From Bacteroidetes bacterium UBA6161 (GTDB taxonomy: Bacteria > Bacteroidota > Bacteroidia > NS11-12g > UBA955), in NCBI GenBank assembly GCA_002422315.1, contig DIUJ01000051.1, positions 24,887 to 88,886 of the forward strand: 64,000 nucleotides of DNA, read 5' to 3'. This document shows positions 56,180-64,000 of the stretch, piece after piece. Position 1 is the stretch's first letter; each line of letters starts with the position of its first letter. A program made the translations under genes and the position numbers. Under the pieces are notes generated by a model that was given only the letters and a program-made list of their open reading frames with translations, did no database searches and had not been told where the DNA came from.

Positions 56180-57270
56180 GCAATAAAATAACCATACTAT
56201 ACGTAGACGATGAAGTGCATAACCTTAATTCGTTTAAAGCTTCTTACAGAAGAGAATGGCAGATTTTTACTGCTGAAAATGCGGCAAAGGCTTTAGAAGT
56301 AATTAAAAACAATGAAATTTCTGTGGTTTTAAGCGATCATCTTATGCCCGGTAAAACTGGGGTTGAGCTATTAGAAGAAATAGCAGCGCTGTATCCAGAT
56401 ATCTCTCGTATCTTAATCACAGCCCACGCAGAAACTCACTTGATTCAGAATGCAGTAAACAGAGGCAGGATTCATTATTTTTTAGAAAAACCATGGAACA
56501 ATGAAACGCTCAAGCAAGCAATTATAAGTTGTTATAAAATTTATTTAACCCAAAAGGAGTTGAAAGAAAAAAATATTCTTTTAGCCCGAGCCAATGAGGA
56601 ATTGAGCCGTTTTGTATATAGCGCATCTCATGAAATGAGAGCGCCTCTTATGTCTATACTTGGTCTTGTAAAACTCTCTGAATCCGAAAATGATTTGAAA
56701 GAATTGCACCATTATTTTGAATTAATTAATGAAAGTGCACTGCAATTAGATGGGTATATTCTAAGCATTATTGAATACTATAAAAACAAGAACATAGAGA
56801 CAGTTTTTAAAGAAATTGACTTAAATCAAGTTTTTGCTGAAATTAAAAAAGAGTATCTGAAAAATATAGATATTTCCATACATTTGAATATTATACAAAA
56901 TGCACCTTTGTACTCAGATCCCCATAGATTAAAAATAGCCCTGGGAAATCTTATTACAAGTGCAATTGCTTATCATAAAGATCCTTTAGATTTAAAAGAA
57001 TTAACAATGGAGTTCGTAATATCAGAAAACAAGTTGGAGTTTAGTGTTGGTCTAATTTCCAACGGTGTACTTTTTGACTTCGTAAATCAAGTCTTTAAGA
57101 AGTTCTTTTCTGAAATAGATGCCAAACAAAGTGCCGAGTCTTTTTTAATGAATTTGTTCTTGTTTAAAGAAGCACTGCAAATGCTAAAAGGAAATATTGT
57201 GGAAGTTGCAACAGATTCGATAAAAGATTCTTTTTATAAAATTACCATACCCAATCAATATTTGAGTTAA
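56176..57270 (+). CDS. Response-regulator receiver fused to a HisKA domain with a degenerate ATPase domain
   Basis: ILYVDDE / VLSDHLMPGKTG receiver, H-box SASHEMRAPL and N-box-like LGNLITSAIAY. No DxGxG or GxGLGL boxes are visible. Confidence 0.75.
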   Translation: MSNKITILYVDDEVHNLNSFKASYRREWQIFTAENAAKALEVIKNNEISVVLSDHLMPGKTGVELLEEIAALYPDISRILITAHAETHLIQNAVNRGRIHYFLEKPWNNETLKQAIISCYKIYLTQKELKEKNILLARANEELSRFVYSASHEMRAPLMSILGLVKLSESENDLKELHHYFELINESALQLDGYILSIIEYYKNKNIETVFKEIDLNQVFAEIKKEYLKNIDISIHLNIIQNAPLYSDPHRLKIALGNLITSAIAYHKDPLDLKELTMEFVISENKLEFSVGLISNGVLFDFVNQVFKKFFSEIDAKQSAESFLMNLFLFKEALQMLKGNIVEVATDSIKDSFYKITIPNQYLS

Positions 57271-57662
57271 TGCAGAATAAGCCCTCTTTTTTTCTAATAG
57301 ACGATAGCAGAATAGATCTTTTTATCACAAAAAAGTTTCTACAGCGTCACCGAGTGTCGGATGCTATTCGTTTGTTTGAAAATCCTACAGAGGCTCTTGC
57401 AGCAATAGAATCTAAGGAAAATTTGCCAGACATTATTTTATTGGATATAAAAATGCCTGAATTAGATGGTTTTGAATTTGTAGACAAAATTGAAAAGGTG
57501 TTTGCCGATTCTACCCATGAGTTTAAAGTAATTATGCTTTCTTCTACTTTGGATTTTAGAGACGAGGAAAGGGCATTGTCGCATCCTATAGTTTTTAAAT
57601 TATTAGAAAAACCTTTAAACATGGAAGATTTGCAAATTATCTTGCAACAATTAGGATGGTAA
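57270..57662 (+). CDS. Stand-alone CheY-like response regulator
   Basis: FFLIDDS, LLDIKMPELDG, MLSS and EKP motifs. Start overlaps the upstream stop (TAATG). Confidence 0.85.
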   Translation: MQNKPSFFLIDDSRIDLFITKKFLQRHRVSDAIRLFENPTEALAAIESKENLPDIILLDIKMPELDGFEFVDKIEKVFADSTHEFKVIMLSSTLDFRDEERALSHPIVFKLLEKPLNMEDLQIILQQLGW

Positions 57663-57750
57663 ATCCTCTCTTTCTTGTTGATTGGGGATAAATATTTTGC
57701 CCTAGTTTGCTAGGTTCAAACTACATTTGTTTATTCATATTTTTTTACGA

Positions 57751-59214
57751 ATGTTCTCATTAACACAAATTAAAGCAGTATATTTTCTAGGAATTGGAGG
57801 GATAGGTATGAGTGCCTTAGCTCGGTATTTTATAAAAAAAAATATAGCAGTGTTTGGATACGATAAAGTTAGAACTGCACTTTGTGAAAAGCTAGAAACA
57901 GAAGGGGCAAGTATCCATTACATAGAAGATATTTCCCAAATACCTCATGTTTTTCATACTCCTAGCTCAGAATATTTGGTAGTTTACACTCCTGCAATAC
58001 CAGCCAATTCTGTAGAGTTGGGCTTTTTCTTAAATCAAGGAATTGATTTACAAAAAAGAGCACAGGTTTTGGGTATGATTTCACATAACTCTTTTACAAT
58101 TGCAATTGCTGGAACCCATGGCAAAACTACAACCTCTTCTATGTTTGCTACTGCATTGTATCATGCAGGAATAAATTTCACAGCTTTCCTAGGGGGGCTT
58201 AGTGTAGATTTAGGTTCTAATTATTTCGATTTTAATCAAGGATCCTCCTTGGTAGATAAAATAAATTTTGAAGAATGTGATTTTTCGCCCCAATTGTTTT
58301 TGAATACAGATGGAAGCCCAAAAGATGTAGTTTTAGTAGAGGCAGATGAGTACGATAGATCTTTTTTAAGTTTAAGCCCTTCTTTGGCTTTACTTACCTC
58401 TACCGATGCAGACCACTTGGATATATACCAAGAAGCACAAGGAGTAACCAAAGGTTTTCAAGATTTTGTAAATAAAATTTTGAGTGGCGGTGCTTTACTG
58501 TTTTTCGAAACTACAAATATTTCCAAACCTCTTTCTATTCAATCTTTTTCATACGGTTCTAGTTTAAACAATGATTTTTCTTGCCATAACATGAAATATG
58601 AGAAGGGGGATTTCTCTTTTGATTTTGTAAAAAATGAACAGCGTTTTAAGTATAAACTAGGGATAGATGGAATGCACAATGCTTGGAATGCTACTGCTGT
58701 TCTAGCTGCTTTCGATATACTTGGACTAGGTGCCGAAAAGGCAAGTTTGGGACTGGAGAAATTTAAAGGTGTAAACAGAAGGTTTCAGCTGGTATTTGAA
58801 TCTCCGAATTTTACTCTAATAGACGATTATGCCCACCACCCTACAGAGCTGGATGCAATCATATTGTCTGTAAAAGAGAAGTATCCCAATAGGAAAATAA
58901 CTGGTGTTTTTCAGCCTCATCTGTTTTCTCGTACCCGTGATTTTTTAAATGAGTTTGCGAAGAGCTTGTCTGTTTTAGATGCTTGTTTTCTCTTAGAAAT
59001 TTACCCGGCAAGAGAACTCCCTATTCCTGGGGTTACTTCAGCACTTCTTGCTACTAAAATACCAGGATGCAAAGGGGTTTTTTCTCCTACAGATTTCCTG
59101 AACAAAATGTCAGAAAATGTTCCTCCTATACTCTTGGTACTAGGTGCTGGAGATATTGATTTATTAGTTCCTTCTCTAAAAGAAATTTATGAAACTGCCA
59201 ATTCAAATAAATAA
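57751..59214 (+). CDS. murC: UDP-N-acetylmuramate--L-alanine ligase
   Basis: YFLGIGGIGMSALA, GTHGKTTTSSM and DDYAHHP motifs. ATG at 57751 preferred. Confidence 0.93.
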   Translation: MFSLTQIKAVYFLGIGGIGMSALARYFIKKNIAVFGYDKVRTALCEKLETEGASIHYIEDISQIPHVFHTPSSEYLVVYTPAIPANSVELGFFLNQGIDLQKRAQVLGMISHNSFTIAIAGTHGKTTTSSMFATALYHAGINFTAFLGGLSVDLGSNYFDFNQGSSLVDKINFEECDFSPQLFLNTDGSPKDVVLVEADEYDRSFLSLSPSLALLTSTDADHLDIYQEAQGVTKGFQDFVNKILSGGALLFFETTNISKPLSIQSFSYGSSLNNDFSCHNMKYEKGDFSFDFVKNEQRFKYKLGIDGMHNAWNATAVLAAFDILGLGAEKASLGLEKFKGVNRRFQLVFESPNFTLIDDYAHHPTELDAIILSVKEKYPNRKITGVFQPHLFSRTRDFLNEFAKSLSVLDACFLLEIYPARELPIPGVTSALLATKIPGCKGVFSPTDFLNKMSENVPPILLVLGAGDIDLLVPSLKEIYETANSNK

Positions 59215-59965
59215 GAAAATTCTTCTATCGGGGTTCCTAATAATTTTTGCTTTACTTTATTTTTGGACTAATACAAAGCACAACAAAGTAGTTTGTAACG
59301 AGGTTAAAATTGTACTCAAACCAGAAGGGAGCAGCTTGTTTTTAGATAAAGCAACTGTGTCTAAAATTGCCTCTGGCTCAGAATCCGTGCACGACCTAAT
59401 TGGAAAAGATATGCAAAGTATAAACCTGTTTGCATTACAAAAAAACCTCTCTCAAAGCCCATTTGTAGAAAAAGCATCTGTGTTTTTGGATTATAAGGGT
59501 ACCTTAAGCATCCATGTGGTTCAGAAAATCCCCTTGTTTAGGGTGATTAATCAACAGGGTAGTAGTTATTATGTAGAGAAAAATGGATTCAAGATACCCC
59601 ACATACCACAGCATGCTGTTAGAGTGCCCGTAATATCAGGTTATATAGAAGAAAAACTTGCCGATTCTACGTACGCAAAGTCGGACATATTGCAGGGCGC
59701 GGTAGTATTTTTCAATTATTTAGATGGGAATGAATTTTGGAAAGCTCAAATAGAACAAGTATATGTAGATAAATTTAAAGATTTCTTGTTGATTCCTAAG
59801 GTAGGAAACCATACAATTGTATTGGGTAAAACAGACAACCTGGTAGGCAAGCTAGACAAGCTTTATACCTTTTATAAGCAAGGACTACAGAATGTGGGAT
59901 GGGATAAATACAGTTCCATTTTTCTGAACTTTGAAGGACAGGTTGTGGCAAAAAAAAGAAACTAA
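59189..59965 (+). CDS. ftsQ: Cell division protein FtsQ
   Basis: N-terminal TM helix plus POTRA-like region, positioned between murC and ftsA. Confidence 0.8.
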   Translation: MKLPIQINKKILLSGFLIIFALLYFWTNTKHNKVVCNEVKIVLKPEGSSLFLDKATVSKIASGSESVHDLIGKDMQSINLFALQKNLSQSPFVEKASVFLDYKGTLSIHVVQKIPLFRVINQQGSSYYVEKNGFKIPHIPQHAVRVPVISGYIEEKLADSTYAKSDILQGAVVFFNYLDGNEFWKAQIEQVYVDKFKDFLLIPKVGNHTIVLGKTDNLVGKLDKLYTFYKQGLQNVGWDKYSSIFLNFEGQVVAKKRN

Positions 59966-59982
59966 ATTAGAAAAATTTTTAT

Positions 59983-61299
59983 ATGGAAAATACAAGTCAT
60001 ACGAATCAAATTGTGGTAGGGTTAGACATAGGAACTACCAAAATATGTGCAATAGTAGGGGAGAAGAATGCCAATGGCAAAGTAAATATACTTGGGGTTG
60101 GGAAAGTTTCGTCATTAGGTGGCGTAACCGAAGGGATGGTTTCCAATATAAGTAAAACTTCTGAGGCTATAAGAAATGCTTTGCAAATCGCTGCAATGCA
60201 ATCCAAGGTTAAAATAGAAAATGTATTGGTGGGTATTGCCGGAAAACACATTAAGAGTTTTACCCATACCCAAACGGTATATAGATTTAATCCAGATTCT
60301 GAAATTACTGCAAAAGAATTAGAGGAGAAAAGAGAGGAAATGAGAAGAATGGTGCCAGAAACCGGCAGTAAAATATTGCATGTTTTGCCTCAGGATTACA
60401 TAATTGACGGTATACATACAGATAATCCAGAAAACATGTCTGGAGTTAAGTTGGAAATTAATTACCATATCATAACAGGCCAGGTTTTGGCTGCTCAAAA
60501 TATCTTTAAATGCGTAGAGAAAGCCGGTTTGGAAATGGAAGATATAGTGGTAGAACCTGTGGCATCTGCCAAAGCTGTTTTGACCGAAGATGAGATGGAG
60601 AATGGTGTAGCTATAGTAGATATTGGTGGCGGTACTACAGATATTGCTGTTTTTCATAAAGGCAGGATAAGACATACCGCGGTAATTCCAATAGGAGGGC
60701 AACTTATTACTCAAGATGTAAGCCATGCTTTCAGGGTAATGGAATCGCAAGCAGAAAAAATGAAAGTGAAATACGGCAATGCAATTCCTACTTTGACCGC
60801 ACAAAATCAACTTATTGTTGTTCCCGGTATAAATGGGAGTACCCCAAAGCATGTGAGTGTAAGGAATTTGTCTAAAGTTATTAATGCTAGACTTACAGAA
60901 CTTTTTGAAGCAGTAAACAAAGAAATTCACCGTTCGGGTTATGCCCCCAATTTAATTGCAGGAATAGTACTTACAGGGGGGGGCGCAGAACTTAAAAATA
61001 TTCAAAACTATTTGGAATATGTTACAGGAATAGACGTTAAAATTGGTTACCCTAACCAACATATTGCAAAAGGAATTAACAACGAAGTGACTAGTCCTCT
61101 ATTTGCTACTGGCACAGGCTTGGTTATATACGGATTAGAGGGAGTAGAGTCGCAAGCAAACATCCCAATGGTAGAGCCAGCAAAGAAAAAAGAAACAAGC
61201 AACGAACAAAAGCCTGGATTGTGGAAGAATATTATCAACTTTACTGGTAGTCTAAAAGGAATACTTGTAGATGAACCAGAAGAGGATGCCAAACTATAA
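59983..61299 (+). CDS. ftsA: Cell division protein FtsA
   Basis: VGLDIGTTKICAIVGE, VDIGGGTTDIAVF and VLTGGGAEL actin-fold motifs. Confidence 0.93.
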   Translation: MENTSHTNQIVVGLDIGTTKICAIVGEKNANGKVNILGVGKVSSLGGVTEGMVSNISKTSEAIRNALQIAAMQSKVKIENVLVGIAGKHIKSFTHTQTVYRFNPDSEITAKELEEKREEMRRMVPETGSKILHVLPQDYIIDGIHTDNPENMSGVKLEINYHIITGQVLAAQNIFKCVEKAGLEMEDIVVEPVASAKAVLTEDEMENGVAIVDIGGGTTDIAVFHKGRIRHTAVIPIGGQLITQDVSHAFRVMESQAEKMKVKYGNAIPTLTAQNQLIVVPGINGSTPKHVSVRNLSKVINARLTELFEAVNKEIHRSGYAPNLIAGIVLTGGGAELKNIQNYLEYVTGIDVKIGYPNQHIAKGINNEVTSPLFATGTGLVIYGLEGVESQANIPMVEPAKKKETSNEQKPGLWKNIINFTGSLKGILVDEPEEDAKL

Positions 61300-61329
61300 A
61301 AATTAAATCAAACGTAAAATAATAAAACT

Positions 61330-62667
61330 ATGTTTACAGTAGACTTGCCCAAAGACAATGCCAACATTATTAAAGTAATAGGTGTAGGTGGTGGCGGAGG
61401 AAATGCCGTAAAACACATGTATGGTAAAGGTATTCAGGGGGTTGATTTTTTTGTATGCAACACCGATGCCCAATACCTTCAAATAAACCCGGTGCCCAAC
61501 AAAATCCAAATAGGGAAAACTATCTCTGAGGGATTGGGTGCTGGTTCCAAACCAGAAGTAGGCAAACAATGTGCCCTAGAAAGTATAAAAGAGATTGAGG
61601 AAATGCTTTTGGGTAATGCCAAAATGGTATTTATTACCGCTGGTATGGGAGGAGGAACAGGAACCGGAGCCGCTCCTGTAATAGCACAACTTGCAAAAGA
61701 CAATGGTGTGCTTACAATTGGTATTGTTACCACCCCTTTCAAAAATGAAGGCCCAATGCGTAATAAACTTGCATTAGATGGTATAGAAGAACTTAGACCC
61801 AATGTGGATGCATTACTTATAATCTCGAACGATAGGATTTTGCAAATGTATGGCGATCTGAAAATTTCTCAAGCTTTTGCAAAAGCCGATGACGTGTTAC
61901 TCGTTGCCGCTAAAGGAATTGCAGATATAATTACAGTAGCAGGTAACAATAATGTGGATTTCAGAGATGTTCAAACCGCTATGAAAAATAGTGGAAGAGC
62001 CATAATGGGTATGGGCTTTTCTGATTCTGAGAATAGAGCCCTAGATGCTGCCGCTAAAGCCATGCTTTCCCCTTTGTTAGACGATGGTAATATAGATGGT
62101 GCCAAACATATTTTGCTCAATATTTCCTACGAAAGAGAAGAGCCCTATGCAAGCGAATTAGAACAGATATTAAGCTATTTTCAAAATGAAGCAGGTCAAA
62201 ATGCCATACTTAAGTTTGGTATTACAGAAATGAATGGACTCGGTGACGGCCTTCAAGTTACTGTTATTGCTACTGGTTTTGATAACGATACCCTTATAGA
62301 TCTTCTAGAAGAAGACAATGTTGTTTTGGACGATATGAATGAAGGCTCTATTGAAGTAACTTTTGAAGAAGAGAAACAAGAAGTATTAACTGGATTGGAC
62401 TTGTTTAATTCTCCAGGTGCATTTGGCGATAGAGGCTCTGTAAATATACCTTTCGACACCTTCGACAACGCATCCTTTTCTCCTTCAAAAGACAATACCC
62501 AAGAAAAAGAAGGAATATATAAACCCGCCTACCTTCGCATGAATATTCAACTTGATGAAGTAGATGTGGAAGAACGATCTGCACAAAAACTTTTCTTGGA
62601 AGACAAGGATGGTGAAGTTTCTTTAAAAGAGTCTAAAAATAAATTTTTAAATAAAGATTTAGATTAA
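61330..62667 (+). CDS. ftsZ: Cell division protein FtsZ
   Basis: IGVGGGGGNAV and tubulin signature AGMGGGTGTGAAP. Long disordered C-terminal linker. Confidence 0.95.
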   Translation: MFTVDLPKDNANIIKVIGVGGGGGNAVKHMYGKGIQGVDFFVCNTDAQYLQINPVPNKIQIGKTISEGLGAGSKPEVGKQCALESIKEIEEMLLGNAKMVFITAGMGGGTGTGAAPVIAQLAKDNGVLTIGIVTTPFKNEGPMRNKLALDGIEELRPNVDALLIISNDRILQMYGDLKISQAFAKADDVLLVAAKGIADIITVAGNNNVDFRDVQTAMKNSGRAIMGMGFSDSENRALDAAAKAMLSPLLDDGNIDGAKHILLNISYEREEPYASELEQILSYFQNEAGQNAILKFGITEMNGLGDGLQVTVIATGFDNDTLIDLLEEDNVVLDDMNEGSIEVTFEEEKQEVLTGLDLFNSPGAFGDRGSVNIPFDTFDNASFSPSKDNTQEKEGIYKPAYLRMNIQLDEVDVEERSAQKLFLEDKDGEVSLKESKNKFLNKDLD

Positions 62668-62750
62668 TACAGCATAGGTATACAAGAAGTACAAACGTAT
62701 ACCGAACTCTTTCCCCAAATTAAGTAGCTATTTTTTAAATGTATAAAAAA

Positions 62751-62781
62751 AGGTTGTTGGAAAATCCAACAACCTTTTTTT
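62751..62781. terminator. Bidirectional rho-independent terminator (AGGTTGTTGGaaaatCCAACAACCT flanked by A- and T-runs)
   Basis: 10-bp perfect stem between the convergent ftsZ and 62802 genes. Confidence 0.8.
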
Positions 62782-62801
62782 GTATTATTTTGATGTTAAC
62801 C

Positions 62802-64000
62802 TTATTTCAAAACTTGGATTTTTGCGAATGCAGAAACATTTTGAGAATTTGTTAATTTTACATAGTAAGTTCCGTTTACTAAATTTGAAGTAGAGATGGT
62901 ATTGTTTAATACAGACCAGTTTCCTTCAGATACTACAGAACCACTTACAGAATAGATTGTATATTTTGCTTCGTTAAACATGTCAGTATCTATGGTTACA
63001 TTTCCAGCAGTTGGATTTGGGAAAACTGAAGAGTTTGACAACATAATAGATTTAACAGAGGATAACTCTTGTGCAGGAAGCATAACAACCGTACCATTGT
63101 TTAGGGCTGCATAAAAACCAAATGCAGGACCATTTTGGTTTTCGCTTGGAGTTAAAAATCCGCTAGCAAATACCAAAGCAGTATTGCCACCTAATCCTGT
63201 AAGGTCTGCTTGGTAACGTAACAACACAGTTTCGTTGTTATCTGCGGTAGTGATATCTAGCATGTAAGATTGAGGATCTACACTTAAATAACCTGCAAAA
63301 TCTCCATATTTTAAATTGTCAACTAAAACTGTTTCTCCAGTTAGTACATCCACAGTAAATACATCTGTTGCACCATGGAAAGCCAACAAGCCAACTTTGT
63401 CTTGAGCATCTGCAGCGATTTTCGCACCAGAGTAAACAAATAGGTTAAAGGCGGTATTTTCACTGTCTGGGTTAGCTTTAAATGAAGCAGGATTTAATAC
63501 GCCATTTGCAACTAAAATGTAGTTTTCATTCTCTTCTAGTTGGTATGTAAAATCGGCCAAAATATCATCAGCTGAAGAAGATGAAGAAGGTGCAATTCCA
63601 ATAGAAATGTCAGTATTTGCATCTACTTCTACAAAGCCTGTAGCTTTTCTGAACTCAAAATTGTCAAGTAAAAGTTCGCCATTTAGATATACATCAACAT
63701 TGTTAGCAGCAGGGTCGGCAGAGTTATGGATTACTTGCACTTTTGCTTTTGGTTTGTAATCTTCCAATTCTAAAACCGTACCATTGTTTAATGCTACAAA
63801 AATCCCGAAAGAAGGGCCGTCTTGGTTGTTTTCTGGGCTTAAATAGCCAGAAGCAAACACAGTAAGAACACTTCCTGCCAATCCATTAAGGTCTGCTACT
63901 TTGCTAAAAACAGGCGTAGAAGAACCAGCTACAGTAATATCTAGTATGTATAGGTTTTCGGGAACATTAAGGTAAGAACTAGCAGAAGTATATGCTAAAT
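62802..64000 (-). CDS. Secreted repeat protein (DUF4397-like repeats) with T9SS C-terminal sorting domain; N-terminus probably beyond the window
   Basis: Repeated VQVIHNSADPAANNVDVYLNG-type modules. C-terminal VFPNPTAGNVTID...GTYYVKL...KIQVLK. The frame appears to stay open upstream of the first Met (63881). Confidence 0.7.
   Translation of the reverse strand, partial: LAYTSASSYLNVPENLYILDITVAGSSTPVFSKVADLNGLAGSVLTVFASGYLSPENNQDGPSFGIFVALNNGTVLELEDYKPKAKVQVIHNSADPAANNVDVYLNGELLLDNFEFRKATGFVEVDANTDISIGIAPSSSSSADDILADFTYQLEENENYILVANGVLNPASFKANPDSENTAFNLFVYSGAKIAADAQDKVGLLAFHGATDVFTVDVLTGETVLVDNLKYGDFAGYLSVDPQSYMLDITTADNNETVLLRYQADLTGLGGNTALVFASGFLTPSENQNGPAFGFYAALNNGTVVMLPAQELSSVKSIMLSNSSVFPNPTAGNVTIDTDMFNEAKYTIYSVSGSVVSEGNWSVLNNTISTSNLVNGTYYVKLTNSQNVSAFAKIQVLK

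Overview
AT-rich chromosomal segment that looks like Bacteroidota, judging from T9SS C-terminal sorting domains, TAnnTTTG-type promoter boxes, a PadR/PspC pair and a murC-ftsQ-ftsA-ftsZ cluster. All gene names come from motifs read by eye in the ORF translations; no database search was possible. Housekeeping blocks lie at both ends. On the left (1-9.4 kb) are glycosyltransferases, a MacB-like ABC efflux system and PadR-PspC. On the right (32.4-64 kb) are asnB, pyrC/pyrF, dut, an envelope cluster, a two-component cluster and the division genes. Between them (about 9.4-30.3 kb) is an accessory island that visibly alternates between very AT-rich and more GC-rich genes. No integrase, transposase, tRNA, rRNA or CRISPR array is visible in the window. 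The island has five parts. (1) An integron-like array of minus-strand gene modules, each with a conserved 5' promoter/leader box and a conserved 3' box. The cargo is two near-identical 116-aa secreted proteins, a lipoprotein, a DUF1016/YhcG-type nuclease and an ABC-ATPase + DUF4435/TOPRIM pair that looks like PARIS (AriA/AriB). (2) A block of six perfect-phase 21-bp tandem repeats followed by degenerate repeats. (3) A seven-gene type I R-M operon, hsdR-X-Y-Z-hsdS-(106 aa TM)-hsdM, in which three tightly packed uncharacterised genes are embedded: a DUF488 fusion, a 276-aa unknown and a 422-aa 2-TM protein. This is my best candidate for an undescribed defence module. (4) An arsR-arsI/cadI-arsC-acr3 operon. 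(5) An ORF-free, hairpin-dense, comparatively GC-rich unit of about 850 bp, bracketed by 41-bp perfect direct repeats that carry variable-number short tandem repeats. A second locus of interest (50.4-57.7 kb) couples a ThiF/E1-like + nitroreductase fusion and a small GNAT-like protein to a 7TMR-DISM histidine kinase and three response-regulator proteins.
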